Shown here in pieces: positions 29,774 through 41,293 of a DNA stretch of 64,000 bases. Position 1 is the first letter of the stretch. Each line of letters starts with the position of its first letter. Source of the stretch: Nitrospirota bacterium (GTDB taxonomy: Bacteria; Nitrospirota; Thermodesulfovibrionia; Thermodesulfovibrionales; Dissulfurispiraceae); the NCBI GenBank assembly GCA_963710375.1, contig CAVPZX010000002.1:640001-704000 (forward strand). The letters are read 5' to 3'. The notes under the pieces were generated by a model. It worked only from the letters and a program-made list of their open reading frames with translations, was not told where the DNA came from and ran no database searches. Both the position numbers and the translations under genes were made by a program.

Positions 29774-31253
29774 CTACGCCCTTTTGGTTTTGCCCCTGCT
29801 TTTGCCCTTTGCTTTAGCTGTCTTTCTTGACAGACCCTTGTGCCCTTTCTTGCGCTCGTGCCCGCCCTTAATTTTTTTCTTATAAGAAACCTTGTGAACT
29901 AATGCCCTGTCATCACGGTCAGGGGAAAATTTTCCCTTGGGCGGAAGCGTTATCATATTGCCTGATCTCAGGTGTTCCAAACCGTTCATAGAGTTCATAG
30001 CTATAATAGTCGAGATGGGTATGCCCGTCTTCTTGGCAATCTTCTTTATAGTGTCGCCTTTTTTCAGTGTATACCGCTCAACGGTAAACCTCTCTTCTTT
30101 GGGTATTGTGGTTAGATTCTTCAGGAATATATCCTTGCTCCCTGCCGGAATTCTTATCGTGTACTCAGCTACGTTGGGTGGTGTACTCCATCTCCTGAGT
30201 TCAGGGTTCGCTTCTCTGATTTCTTTTTCTGTGCACTCTGCACACTTGGCAATAACGTCGATATCAAGCGGCGAGCCGACAGTCACTTCATCATATTCGA
30301 ACGGTTCGCGATAATCCAGGTTATCAAAACCGTATTCCTCTGGGGTATTGGCGATCATTGTAGCAGCGATATAGCGCGGCACATACTGTTTTGTTTCATT
30401 TCGTATCTGCTTCGTGTTGAGAAGCGACCAATAATCGTCCGAATCGCTTTTCCTGAGTGCTTTTGAAATCTTCCCCTCGCCGGCATTATATGCTGCGAGG
30501 GCCAGGTTCCAGGAACCGAACATTTTATAAAGGTCTTTTAAATATTCCGCAGCCGCCTCTGTCGACTTTACCGGGTCTTTCCGTTCATCACGCCACCAAT
30601 CAATTACCAGACCGTAACGTTTCGCTGTGGAAGCAATAAACTGCCATGGCCCTACTGCCCTAGCCCTTGAGTATGCATTAGGATTAAACCCGCTTTCCAC
30701 AATCGGCAGAAACACAAGCTCTTCAGGAAGGTGCTTACCCTTCAGTATTTCTTTCATTATTTCTATGTATTGAGCCGATCTCTCAAGATAAACTGTAAAC
30801 CTTTCTTTTATGCCATCCTTAAAAAGATCGACACTTTTTTCTATCGCTTTCAGAGCTGTTTCGTTTGATGCATATGAATCATCACTGAGCGGGGCTTTAT
30901 TCTTTTCCTTCTTATCATTGTCAGGGACAGCTGCAACAGCCTGCTTATCTACTGCCGGCGCAGGAACGCCCACCGCAGGATCGTTACTCGCATGGTTCAG
31001 TCTGAGGGTCTGGAGAAGAAGGGACATTTTTGTCAGCAGGCGTTTCTGTTGCAGCTATTGTCTTATTTGGTTCAGTCTGAGCGCCCTGTGGTAACTGGGC
31101 GGGCAACACAGGCGCCTTTTCAACGAGATTTTCCTGAAAGTTCTCAGGCTCTGCAGGCCGGGCTTTTGTCACGTCGGCAGTGGCCGGTAAAGCCGCAAAA
31201 ATAAACAAGCCTAAAAAAACTGCCAATACGCCTAAAAAATCAGTTTTTTTCAT
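29774..31253 (-). CDS. MltD-like lytic transglycosylase (SLT + LysM), frameshift near 30990-31003
   Basis: Signal peptide MKKTDFLGVLAVF... in ORF 30984..31307; ESGF, GPWQF, AYNAGE and LysM in ORF 29774..31027. Confidence 0.87.
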
Positions 31254-31330
31254 ACGGATATATTTGTAACCTAAGTGAAATATAAAAGTCAAGAACCCTC
31301 CCGACAATCATCTGGTAAAATAAAAAGAAG

Positions 31331-32497
31331 TTATGCTGCTTCGGCCTTCTGCTTTTTTTTGGCTGCTGCCGCCGCAAGCACGTCTGCTGTATTAAAGGTG
31401 CCTTCAATCGCCTGCACAGGGCATTTTGCTGTGCATATGCCGCAGCCGATGCATTTTTCCTGCGCAATGGTATACATTTTCTTAGGCTCGCCGCTTGGAG
31501 CATTTACCGGGCAAACTTTGGCGCATATCTGGCATCCTATGCATTTGTCGGTAACAACCGCTTTGGGTCTGTAGTGAATAAAATCAATAATTGCATGGGT
31601 GGGACACACATCCGTGCAGAGTCCGCATACCCTGCACTTGGCGATATCGATACGCGAGAGATTATTCTCAATCTTCGGTGCATCAAAAGGACAAACTTTT
31701 ACGCATTTTCCGCATGCGATACAGCCGATCTGACAGTTTTTCCGTACCTCTCCACCCTTGTCCTTTGAATGGCAGGATACGAGCACAGCCTTTGACCCAG
31801 GCAGAACTTCAATGACCCTTTTAGGACATGCTGTCTCGCACTTACGGCACCCGGTACACTTGGCGATATCGACAACGGGCATGTGGGTCTCACTCATGGT
31901 TATTGCGCCAAAAGGACAGACTCGGGCACAAGTCCCGTAGCCAAGACATCCGTAGATGCAAGACTTGTCTCCTCCCCCAGCAAGCACAGAAGCCCTGCAA
32001 TCCTGAACGCCCTCATATTTAAATCTTCTATTCGATTTAGTCCAATCCCCCTGGCACATAATTCGTGAGAATTGGGGTTCTCTTATATCAGCCTTTTTCC
32101 CGGTTATCAATGCTACTGCCTCGGTTCCCTTTGCTCCGGCAGGAATACAGAGATTAGGCGGAACATCCGGGTTATTGACAACTGCCTCCGCGTACTGTTC
32201 GCAGCCTGCATAACCGCAAGCTCCGCAATGAGCATGTGCCAGGACGTCTAACACCTGCGACACCCTCGGGTCGACTTTAACGGCAAATCGTTTTGCGGCA
32301 AAGGCAAGGCCAAGACCGAATACAGTGCTGATGCCGGCGAGAAAAATCAGAGTGAACTTTATTAAAGGAACAATATCGACATGCCCCCCCGTATCCGTAC
32401 CCCCCCCTGCTTCAACATGGGGAAGGATAAAATGAGATATACCTGCAAGCTGAAATATACCCATAAGGTCAGCAATTATTTTTTGAAATTCATGCAT
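31331..32497 (-). CDS. rnfB: Rnf complex subunit B, polyferredoxin type
   Basis: CGACGYAGC FeS motif plus six ferredoxin-type Cys motifs; GGAGG before ATG 32497. Confidence 0.93.
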   Translation of the reverse strand: MHEFQKIIADLMGIFQLAGISHFILPHVEAGGGTDTGGHVDIVPLIKFTLIFLAGISTVFGLGLAFAAKRFAVKVDPRVSQVLDVLAHAHCGACGYAGCEQYAEAVVNNPDVPPNLCIPAGAKGTEAVALITGKKADIREPQFSRIMCQGDWTKSNRRFKYEGVQDCRASVLAGGGDKSCIYGCLGYGTCARVCPFGAITMSETHMPVVDIAKCTGCRKCETACPKRVIEVLPGSKAVLVSCHSKDKGGEVRKNCQIGCIACGKCVKVCPFDAPKIENNLSRIDIAKCRVCGLCTDVCPTHAIIDFIHYRPKAVVTDKCIGCQICAKVCPVNAPSGEPKKMYTIAQEKCIGCGICTAKCPVQAIEGTFNTADVLAAAAAKKKQKAEAA

Positions 32498-32583
32498 GTA
32501 AGCAACCTCCAAATACTATATTATCCCAAATCCACTTTGCTTTTCTAATTTGCTCCATGCGCTTGACACCGGGCGCACAACTC

Positions 32584-33177
32584 TTAAAGGGTTATCAATC
32601 CTGAGAAGCCGGTAAAGGCCAGTGCTATCAGGGCTGTTACTACGAACGCCATTGGCAATCCCTTGAAAGGAGCAGGGACATCGGCAAGTTCCAGCTTTTC
32701 CCTTATGCTCGCCATTATAATCAGGGCAAGAGCAAAACCGAGACCGGAGCCAAGACCGAAAGCAAGGCTCTGAATAAAGGTGTAATTTTCATCGGCATTG
32801 ATCAACGGCACGGCAAGGATAATGCAGTTGGTCGATATGAGCGCGAGATAGATGCCAAGTTTATAATAAAGAGCGGTAGCCACCTTCCTCATTATAGTAT
32901 CCGAGGCCTGCACCAGGCCGGCAATGACCCCGATAAAGACAATTATCTTCAGGAATGTAATGTCAAGAGGTATCATTACATAATGAAAAATCAGCCAGCT
33001 GACTGCGGCACTGATCATCATAACAGATGTAAAAGTTATGCTCATGCCTACAGCGGTTTCCATTTTCTTTGAAACGCCGAAGAATATGCAGAGACCCAGG
33101 AACCTGGTGAAAACGAAATTATTTATAAGTGACGCCGATACGATAAGTTCAAAAATCCTTGTAAAATCGTGACCCAT
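32584..33177 (-). CDS. rnfA: Rnf complex subunit A
   Basis: NNFVFTRFLGLC, LGIYLALISTNC motifs. Confidence 0.95.
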   Translation of the reverse strand: MGHDFTRIFELIVSASLINNFVFTRFLGLCIFFGVSKKMETAVGMSITFTSVMMISAAVSWLIFHYVMIPLDITFLKIIVFIGVIAGLVQASDTIMRKVATALYYKLGIYLALISTNCIILAVPLINADENYTFIQSLAFGLGSGLGFALALIIMASIREKLELADVPAPFKGLPMAFVVTALIALAFTGFSGLITL

Positions 33178-33196
33178 GTCTCTAACCCCTTTGCCC

Positions 33197-33829
33197 TTAA
33201 TGCGCTGAGCCTGACGGGCTCTTTTTAAAGAATCGGATGTCAATCCAGTTGAAAAACGCCATCAATATCCCGACCGCAAAAAAACCGCCTGCAGGCAATA
33301 TCATAATTAACAACGGTTTTGCATGGACGATTGGGATTCCCCACAACGACCCTTTGCCCAAAAGTTCCCTGAAGAAACTGATTACTGTAAGGGCGAACAG
33401 GAAGCCAAGCCCCATCCCTATGCCGTCGAACATGGACGGCATAACAGTGTTCTTGCTCGCAAACATTTCCGCACGGGCAAGAATGGAAGCGAATGCGACG
33501 ATCAATTGTATATAGAGACCCATCTGCTTGTATACTTCAGGCGTAAATGCATTCATCAGCATAGAGGTGACTGTTACCCAGCCTGAGATAACAAGCATGA
33601 AAATAGGCAGCCTCACTCTGGGGTGAATCACTTTTCGCATAAGGGAGATCGTTGTGTTCACCGTTACCTGAACAAACAATACCGCTACTCCCATCAGCAC
33701 ACCGTTTTCGAGCTTGTTGGTAACTGCAATAGACGGGCAAAGGCTCAAGGCAAGTTTAAAAATAGTGTTGTCTTTAGTAATGCCGTTCTTTATTAATTCC
33801 CAGTAACTAACTCTGCTTGTGCTCGACAT
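33197..33829 (-). CDS. rnfE: Rnf complex subunit E
   Basis: LCPSIAVT, RELLGKGS, LPAGGF motifs. Confidence 0.94.
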   Translation of the reverse strand: MSSTSRVSYWELIKNGITKDNTIFKLALSLCPSIAVTNKLENGVLMGVAVLFVQVTVNTTISLMRKVIHPRVRLPIFMLVISGWVTVTSMLMNAFTPEVYKQMGLYIQLIVAFASILARAEMFASKNTVMPSMFDGIGMGLGFLFALTVISFFRELLGKGSLWGIPIVHAKPLLIMILPAGGFFAVGILMAFFNWIDIRFFKKSPSGSAH

Positions 33830-34397
33830 TCCCTCCGCCTCCTTTTACCGCAGTAATGAGGGCTTCAACCCCATGCTTTACTGCATCTTCGGTAACCGCC
33901 CTGCTCGAAATAGTTGCGCCTGATATAGCCTGTATGTAGTCCTTTGTCTCTGTCTTGACAACCTTCAGGTGATCGAGGTCTTTGTCCTTGAACTGGCGCT
34001 GAAAAGAATCGGTGTCTATTTCATCCCCAAGCCCGGGAGTTTCCTCGTGATGAAGGATACTTATTTTTTCGACCGTGAAATTCTTGTCAACTGCTATAAG
34101 GGTGTTAATATAACTCGAATAGCCCTTGCCATAGGATTGTACTATATATCCGATAATGTTGCCGCCCTTCCTGGCAACAAAATATTCGACATGTTTGTCA
34201 TGTGACATCAAGTCGCCCATCTTTTCAATATTGTCGGCATCCGGAATGAGGTTTTTCAGCGCTGCCTGTTTTTCGGCCTCAGCATTTTTGAATATTATCG
34301 GCGATGTTTTGGCATAAACTGCTGCAAGGATAAGCCCGCCTATAATATATACAATTACAAGATTCAATGTTATTTTGATAATGTCCTTGCCGGTCAT
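33807..34397 (-). CDS. rnfG: Rnf complex subunit G
   Basis: ETPGLG and SGAT flavinylation motif. Confidence 0.95.
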   Translation of the reverse strand: MTGKDIIKITLNLVIVYIIGGLILAAVYAKTSPIIFKNAEAEKQAALKNLIPDADNIEKMGDLMSHDKHVEYFVARKGGNIIGYIVQSYGKGYSSYINTLIAVDKNFTVEKISILHHEETPGLGDEIDTDSFQRQFKDKDLDHLKVVKTETKDYIQAISGATISSRAVTEDAVKHGVEALITAVKGGGGNVEHKQS

Positions 34398-35419
34398 TTC
34401 TTAGTCTCCTTTGCCGGTATTTCTTTTCTGGCGCCGAAGACTTTGGTCCTGAAGCCCCGGTCAATAAGCGGTGAGAAACAGTTCATTATCAGGATGGCGA
34501 ACATGACACCTTCGGGATACCCGCCTTTAAGTCTTATCAGCATTGTCAGGAAACCGCAGCCGACTCCGAATAGAATCTGCCCCCTCTTGACTGAGGGGCA
34601 GGTAACATAATCAGTTGCCATAAAAAAAGCTCCGATAAGCATACCGCCGCTTAAAAGATGCAGCAGCGGGTCCCCGGCAAAGAGCGCGCCTTTTGCTCCG
34701 AACACCCATGCAAGGAGTGCAGCCGTACCCAGAAACGACGCCGGTATTTCCCATGATATATATCCGCGATACAGAAGAAAAGCAGCGCCGATAATCAAGG
34801 CAAACGCAGATGTTTCGCCTATTGAGCCTGCCCGGTGCCCTAAAAACAGCTGTGTGTAAAGATTTATTTTATCTCCAAAAAGCTCCATCAGCTTGGCGGC
34901 GCCCTCTTCTTTCAGGATACCCAACGGCGTAGCTGTGGTCTTTGCATCAAGGCCCACAAAGGCCGCTGTAGGCTCTGTCCAGATGGTCATAAGCCTCGGG
35001 AATGAAATAAGCAGGAATGCCCTCCCGATTAATGCCGGATTGAAGACATTGAAACCGAGTCCACCGAAAAGCTGCTTGGTTATAAGTATCGCAACAAAAG
35101 ACCCTATAATCGGAATATAAAACGGTACTGACGCAGGCAGGTTCATTCCAAGCAGCAGGCCTGTAACAAACGCGCTCCCGTCACTCAGTGTCTGTTTCCT
35201 GTTTAGTATCCGCTGAAACACATATTCAGCGGCCAGAGCACTGATAATAGTAAGGGCGAGGATAAAAGCGGCGCGGGGACCGAAAAAATAGACTCCCATT
35301 ACAGCTGCAGGCGTGAGCGAAGCTGCCACGCTCCACATGATCCTGCTGGTGGTTTCTTCGCTTTTTATATGAGGACTTACTGATATAATTAGTTCGTGCT
35401 CTTTTTTTGCCGTTTCCAT
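34394..35419 (-). CDS. rnfD: Rnf complex subunit D
   Basis: KQLFGGLG, FNPA, TATPL, GSIGETS, FFMATD motifs. Confidence 0.96.
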   Translation of the reverse strand: METAKKEHELIISVSPHIKSEETTSRIMWSVAASLTPAAVMGVYFFGPRAAFILALTIISALAAEYVFQRILNRKQTLSDGSAFVTGLLLGMNLPASVPFYIPIIGSFVAILITKQLFGGLGFNVFNPALIGRAFLLISFPRLMTIWTEPTAAFVGLDAKTTATPLGILKEEGAAKLMELFGDKINLYTQLFLGHRAGSIGETSAFALIIGAAFLLYRGYISWEIPASFLGTAALLAWVFGAKGALFAGDPLLHLLSGGMLIGAFFMATDYVTCPSVKRGQILFGVGCGFLTMLIRLKGGYPEGVMFAILIMNCFSPLIDRGFRTKVFGARKEIPAKETKK

Positions 35420-35437
35420 AAAACTCCTCTCAAACGT

Positions 35438-35537
35438 CAGGTTAAGGCTGAGGTTAAGGTTGAGTCATAAACAAAAAACTAACTGCTGTAAGTCATCAGA
35501 AATGTTTTTATCTTTTCTTAACCTTAACCTTAACCTG
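35438..35537. repeat. Fold-back element of inverted 6-mer arrays (AGGTTA / TAACCT)
   Basis: caggttaaggctgaggttaaggttgag...cttaaccttaaccttaacctg between rnfC and rnfD. Confidence 0.88.
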
Positions 35538-35541
35538 TTTT

Positions 35542-36850
35542 TTACGGTTTTACCTGCGATTTAGCAAGCCTTACCAACTGAACAATAGGCCTCTTTGACG
35601 GGCACACATAGGTGCAGGAGCCGCATTCGAAACAGTCAAAAAGGTCATATCCCTTTGCTTCCTCATAAAATCCCTTTTCAGCAAGTACGCTCAACATCGA
35701 AGGCATCAAACCCATCGGACAAATGTCTATGCATCTGCCGCACCTGATACAAGGGCCAAATTCCTCAGAATGAACAACCCCTTCTTCCGGCAGTACGAGA
35801 ATGCCGGACGTCCCCTTGGTTACCGGGACATCCAGTGAATAGATTGAGAACCCCATCATGGGACCTCCGGATATAATCTTTGCAGCTTCAGATGTGAACC
35901 CGCCGCAATCAGCAATCAAGTCTGAAACAAGGGTGCCTATCTTCACCATAAGATTTTTAGGCTCTTTAATCCCTTCTCCGGTTACGGTCACCACCCGCTC
36001 AATGAGAGGCTTTCCATATCGGGCCGCCTCAAAAACAGCAATAGCGGTGCCGACATTATGCACTAATACCCCGACGTCCATGGGCAGACCCCGTGCAGGC
36101 ACCTCTCTGTCTGAAACAGCCTTGATCAGCATTTTTTCAGCACCCTGCGGGTACTTCACCTCAAGGGCACATACAGTAATGTTCGGCTCTCCAGAGACCG
36201 CTTGCTGCATTGCCTTTATCGCGTCCGGCTTATTGTTTTCTATTCCAATAAAGCCCTTGACCACGTTTAATATTTTCATCAGTATCTTCAGTCCTTCAAC
36301 AATCTCTCCTGGACGCTCCAGCATAAGCCTGTAGTCGGCTGTAAGGTACGGCTCACATTCAGCTCCATTGATGATGACGATATCAACAGGTTTTTCTTTT
36401 GGCGGAGATAGCTTTACGTGCGCAGGGAAGGCCGCTCCTCCCATCCCTACTATGCCGGCGTCTTTAACCTTTCCCTTGAGCCTCTTCGGGGGTAAGCCGT
36501 ATATAGTCCGGATTATCTTTTAGTGAAGCCCATTCCTCTTTGCCGTCATTTTCGATAACAACACATTTTGTCATTTTGCCGGTTGGAAGGGGAAACTCGC
36601 CTATGGCAACCACCTTGCCCGACACCGATGCGTGCACAGGAGCGGACACAAAACCCTCTGGGGCGCCGATAACCTCCCCCTTTTTAACCTCCTGCCCGAT
36701 GACAACACTCAGTTTGCACGGAGCTCCAATATGCTGAGATAGAGGAATGACAACTCTTTTGGGAGGGGTTGCCGGAGAAATGGCTTTATCTTTAGAGAGT
36801 TGTTTCTTGTCGGGCGGGTGAATTCCTCCTTTAAATGTTGCAAGAGACAT
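35542..36850 (-). CDS. rnfC: Rnf complex subunit C, split by a 1-nt insertion near 36481
   Basis: TFKGGIHP, PLSQHIGAP, GMGGAAFP, NGAECEPYLT, two 4Fe-4S motifs; removing one base gives EELKGKVKDAGIVGMGG. Confidence 0.92.
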
Positions 36851-37012
36851 AGAAGGCTCCTCCATTGCAGGGAAGATAAAGTGCCTAATCAACTTTATAG
36901 GCACCCGTTTTGGCGTAAACCTGTAATTTTTAACACGTCGGGACAGAATATGTCAAGCTACCTATGACTTACGGCAGTGAACTGTCTGGAAGCAAGAACA
37001 GTGGCAGTATAG

Positions 37013-40000
37013 TCATTTTGGCGAGGACTTGCCTTTCTTAAACCGTTCGCTCAGGCGTTCCAGAGCAACATAGAATACCGGGACAAAAGGGATAGCCAGG
37101 AAGGTCGATGATATCATGCCGCCAAAAACAACCGTGCCTATGGCCCGCTGGCCTGCCGACCCGGCCCCGAAAGCAATCACAAGCGGCACCACTCCCAGGA
37201 TAAATGCAAATGAAGTCATAACAATTGGCCGGAACCTTCGATGTGTAGCCTCTATTGCGGCTTCCTCTATACTCATGCCTTCACGGTGCATATCCCGGGC
37301 AAATTCCACGATAAGAATCGCGTTCTTGCTCGCAAGTGCAATCATCAATACGAGTCCCACCTGGGTATACAGGTTGTTGTCATAGCCCCTGAACATAGTG
37401 GCCAGAAGGACCCCGACCAGAGCCAGCGGGACAACGAATATAACTGCCGCAGGCGAGGTCCAGCTCTCATACAAAGCGGCCAATACCATAAAGACCAGAA
37501 AAATGGAAAGGGCATATATGAAGTAAGCCTGGGCGCCTACCTTTTTTTCCTGGTAACTTGTGGATGTCCAGTCATAAGCTATTCCATTCGGCAACACTTG
37601 GGCAGCCAGCCGCTCCATAGTGCTGATGGCTTGACCGGAGCTGTACCCGGGAGCAGCAGCCCCAAAAATAGCGGCTGCCGGGTACAGGTTATAGCGGGTA
37701 ATCAACTCAGTGCCCTGGACCTGCTTGATCTCAAGCAGGCTTCCAAGTGGGACCATCTCCCCATTTTGATTGCGGACATTCAGGTTTTTTATGTCCCTGG
37801 GCTGCAGACGATAGCGGCTGTCGGCCTGTACATAAACCTGAAACACCTGGTTATATTTGTTAAACAGGTTTACAAACGAAGACCCCATGTAAGACTGGAG
37901 CGTATTCAGAACATTGGACAATGGGACCTGTAACGACTCTGCCTTGGTACGATCAATATTCAGATATAGCTGCGGGCTGTTCAGGACAAAAGTTGTGATA
38001 AGTCCCCGCAGGGCTGGGTTGGAATTTCCGTTCCGGATAAGTTCGCTTTCGGCCTCATGGAGATCGTTTAGACCAACGTTGCCGCGGTCTTCGACCATCA
38101 TTTGCAGACCACCCGTTTGTCCCAGCCCCCGGATAGGCGGAGGGATCACAATAAAAGCCTGTGCTTCCTGAATTCCGGCAAGCGCCCGGTTGATGTTCGA
38201 GACTATAATATCCTGGCTTAATGAAGAGCCGCGGTCCTTCCAGTCCTTATAAACTACAAATGTCGTGGAAAAATTAGAGACATTGGCGCCGTCCAGAATA
38301 GACAAACCTCCTATATGCACCCAGAAATCAACGCCGGCAGTCTTTTTCAGGATAGTATTAATTTTCTCGGCAACTTCCCTCGACCGGGGCTGTGACGAGC
38401 CTTCCGGCAAATGGGTGACTATAATCCCGTAGCCCTGGTCTTCGGTTGGAAGAAAACCTGTAGGGCGGCTGATAAAAACAAGAAATGTTGCAGTCATTAC
38501 AACGGCAAAGATAACAATAAAGAGGACCGGCCTTTTCACCATGCGTGTAACAGCCAAAATATAGATTCTTGTCAATGACTGAAATGCCTTATTGAATCCC
38601 CGATAAAACCAATTGCGAGGTTTGTCCCCCCGTGGCCTCAACCAGAAGGCGCACTGGACAGGCTTTAATGTCAACGCATTCAGGGCGCTGATAACAGAGG
38701 TAGAAGCGATCACCAGGGCGAATTGCCGGAACAGCTGTCCTGTAATGCCGGGAAGGAAGGCAGCAGGCAGGAAGACCGCAACCAGGGCAAGGGTAATACC
38801 CATTACAGGTCCTGTCAGTTCGTTCATTGCTTTGATCGTTGCTTCTTTGGGCGGCATGCCCCTTTCGATATGGTATGAACTGTTTTCGACAATGACGATG
38901 GCATCATCCACCACAATGCCGATAGCAAGGACCAGGGCAAACAGAGTCAACAGGTTTATGGTGAAGCCCAGAGCAGCTATCGCAATGAAAGCACCGATAA
39001 TGGTGACGGGAACAGTAGTGGCCGGGACCAGTGTAGCCCTGAAATTTTGCAGGAATACGAGGATAACAATCAACACAAGTACCCCGGCTATGAAAAGGGT
39101 CTCATAAACTTTTGAAATGGCCTCCCGTACGAACCTGGTGGTATCGTACCGGATGGCATATTTGAGTCCTTCCGGAAATGTCTGGCTCAAATCGGCCATG
39201 GCCTTATAGACAGTATCGGCAACAGAGATTGCATTTGCGTCCGGCAATGCAAAAACCACTACCTGGGCCGACCTGTGCCCGGTAAATCTCGAATAGAGGC
39301 TGAAATTCTGCTGGCTCAAATCCACACGGCCTATGTCGCGGATCCTCACTATCTGCGGCGCTGGTCCGGGAGTGGTTTTCACAATTATATTTTCGAATTG
39401 GCCCTCACCCGAGAGGCGGCCAAGGGCCGTGACGGTTAACTGCAATGCCTGATTATTCGGCACAGGCGGAGCGCCAAGCTGTCCAGCCGCTACCTGGACA
39501 TTCTGGCCTTGAATAGCGGTAAGGACATCGGCAGGAGTAAGACCGAAAATCTTGAGTCTTTCAGGGTCGAGCCAGACCCTCATGCCATAAGGGCCGGCTC
39601 CGAAGACCCTCACCTGAGCTATACCGGGAAGACGCGCCAGAGGGTTTTGAAGATTGATAATTCCATAGTTTGAGAGGAAAACCGAGTTAAACCGTTCGTC
39701 GTCTGAATAAAGACTTACAACCAGCAAAATATTAGGAGAGATTTTCTTAACGGTGACACCTTGTTGCTGTGAGGCCCCGGGCAGTTGTGCAAGGGAACTG
39801 TTCACCAGGTTTTGTACCAGGGCTATTGACTTATTAAGGTCGGTACCCACATCGAATGTGATCGTCAATGTGTAACTGCCGTCGCTGCCGCTGGTAGAAG
39901 ACATATAAATGGAACCTTCAACGCCGTTGACTGCCTGTTCGATCGGCACTCCAATGGTTTGCGCGACGACTTCGGCGCTCGCTCCAGGATAACTCGTGCT

Positions 40001-40138
40001 GACCTGGATAGTTGGCGGCGCGATCGGCGGATATTGAGCAACAGGAAGGATACTGAGGAATATAAGCCCGATTACTATAGTGACCAATGCTATAACATTT
40101 GCGAAAACAGGCCGTTCGATAAAGAACCGCGAGATCAT
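37013..40138 (-). CDS. RND efflux permease (HAE1 family)
   Basis: MISRFFIERP, GIVVDDAIVIVEN, KNAILIVEFA, RFRPIVMTS. Confidence 0.97.
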   Translation of the reverse strand: MISRFFIERPVFANVIALVTIVIGLIFLSILPVAQYPPIAPPTIQVSTSYPGASAEVVAQTIGVPIEQAVNGVEGSIYMSSTSGSDGSYTLTITFDVGTDLNKSIALVQNLVNSSLAQLPGASQQQGVTVKKISPNILLVVSLYSDDERFNSVFLSNYGIINLQNPLARLPGIAQVRVFGAGPYGMRVWLDPERLKIFGLTPADVLTAIQGQNVQVAAGQLGAPPVPNNQALQLTVTALGRLSGEGQFENIIVKTTPGPAPQIVRIRDIGRVDLSQQNFSLYSRFTGHRSAQVVVFALPDANAISVADTVYKAMADLSQTFPEGLKYAIRYDTTRFVREAISKVYETLFIAGVLVLIVILVFLQNFRATLVPATTVPVTIIGAFIAIAALGFTINLLTLFALVLAIGIVVDDAIVIVENSSYHIERGMPPKEATIKAMNELTGPVMGITLALVAVFLPAAFLPGITGQLFRQFALVIASTSVISALNALTLKPVQCAFWLRPRGDKPRNWFYRGFNKAFQSLTRIYILAVTRMVKRPVLFIVIFAVVMTATFLVFISRPTGFLPTEDQGYGIIVTHLPEGSSQPRSREVAEKINTILKKTAGVDFWVHIGGLSILDGANVSNFSTTFVVYKDWKDRGSSLSQDIIVSNINRALAGIQEAQAFIVIPPPIRGLGQTGGLQMMVEDRGNVGLNDLHEAESELIRNGNSNPALRGLITTFVLNSPQLYLNIDRTKAESLQVPLSNVLNTLQSYMGSSFVNLFNKYNQVFQVYVQADSRYRLQPRDIKNLNVRNQNGEMVPLGSLLEIKQVQGTELITRYNLYPAAAIFGAAAPGYSSGQAISTMERLAAQVLPNGIAYDWTSTSYQEKKVGAQAYFIYALSIFLVFMVLAALYESWTSPAAVIFVVPLALVGVLLATMFRGYDNNLYTQVGLVLMIALASKNAILIVEFARDMHREGMSIEEAAIEATHRRFRPIVMTSFAFILGVVPLVIAFGAGSAGQRAIGTVVFGGMISSTFLAIPFVPVFYVALERLSERFKKGKSSPK

Positions 40139-41271
40139 TTTATTCCCGATCCGTTATCCCGCAGAGGAGTGACCTGGCGTCCGGGCGCCGCTTTTAATAT
40201 ACCGTTGATAATGACCCATTCCCCTCCGTTAAGGCCTTGTTCGATGACCCGCATACTGTCAATCTCAGGGCCGGTTTTAACAGGGCGGCGTTCCACAATA
40301 TGTCTTTCGTTCGCGACCAACACATAATCTCCCTGCTGATCATTACCGACAGCAGTATCAGGCAACAGGAAAGCGGCCTTTTTCTCCAGTGGCACCTTCA
40401 CCCTGGCAAACAGTCCCGGCAGTATCCTCCCTGACGGGTTTGAAAAAACTCCCCTCATCAGGAGAGTGCCGCTGGTGGGAGCCAGGCTGATTGAAGCAAA
40501 ATCTAGGTGGCCCTGGTGCGCATAGTCTTTCTCATCAGTCAACCCGATAAATACCGGCCATTCTTTGGCACTGCCACCTCCGGGGATCCCGTGAGCAATC
40601 TTAATGAGCCGGGCCAAATCCGCATCGCTGATCGTGAAATAAACGTAGATCGGGTCTATTTGGTTGAACTGCGCCAGGACAGAGTTGCCGGCATCTGAGC
40701 CCACAAGGTTACCCGGGTCTTGCAGCCTCCGGTCAATGCGCCCGTCAAAAGGGGCGGAAACCTGAGTATAACTCAGGTTGAGTCTGGCAAGGGCCAGTTG
40801 TGCTTCCGCTGTTTTAAGGTTGGCCATGGCAGCGTCACGCTGGTACTTCCAGTTGTCCACATCGGATTGGGCAGCAGCCTTTTCCGGCAACAGTGCTGAA
40901 TAGCGGATAAACTGACTGCCTGCATATTCCAACTGGGCTTTCAGTGCCAAGACTTGTCCCTCTGACTGCTGAAGACTGGCCTCATATGTATTTTGCTGAA
41001 TAAGAAAAAGCGTTTGCCCTTTTTTGACTATTTGTCCATCATGAAAAAAGACCTTTTCAAGGTATCCCGGCACCCTTGCGACCAGTTGCACGGTATTAAC
41101 AGCCTGGGTATTTCCGCTCAGTTCGAGATAGTCGGTCACTATCCTCTGCTCCGGCTGTTTTACCGTAACTTTGGGTGGAGGAAAAGTCGGCGCGGCTTGT
41201 TTTGCCCTGCACCCTGCAATAAGGATAAAAACAATCAACGCGCTCCAGCATGCAATTTTTATGATCTTCAC
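40135..41271 (-). CDS. RND periplasmic adaptor (MFP) lipoprotein
   Basis: LIAGC lipobox, ARVPG, APFDG motifs. Confidence 0.95.
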   Translation of the reverse strand: MKIIKIACWSALIVFILIAGCRAKQAAPTFPPPKVTVKQPEQRIVTDYLELSGNTQAVNTVQLVARVPGYLEKVFFHDGQIVKKGQTLFLIQQNTYEASLQQSEGQVLALKAQLEYAGSQFIRYSALLPEKAAAQSDVDNWKYQRDAAMANLKTAEAQLALARLNLSYTQVSAPFDGRIDRRLQDPGNLVGSDAGNSVLAQFNQIDPIYVYFTISDADLARLIKIAHGIPGGGSAKEWPVFIGLTDEKDYAHQGHLDFASISLAPTSGTLLMRGVFSNPSGRILPGLFARVKVPLEKKAAFLLPDTAVGNDQQGDYVLVANERHIVERRPVKTGPEIDSMRVIEQGLNGGEWVIINGILKAAPGRQVTPLRDNGSGIK

Positions 41272-41293
41272 GCTCGGTCTCCTTTATCGTCCT

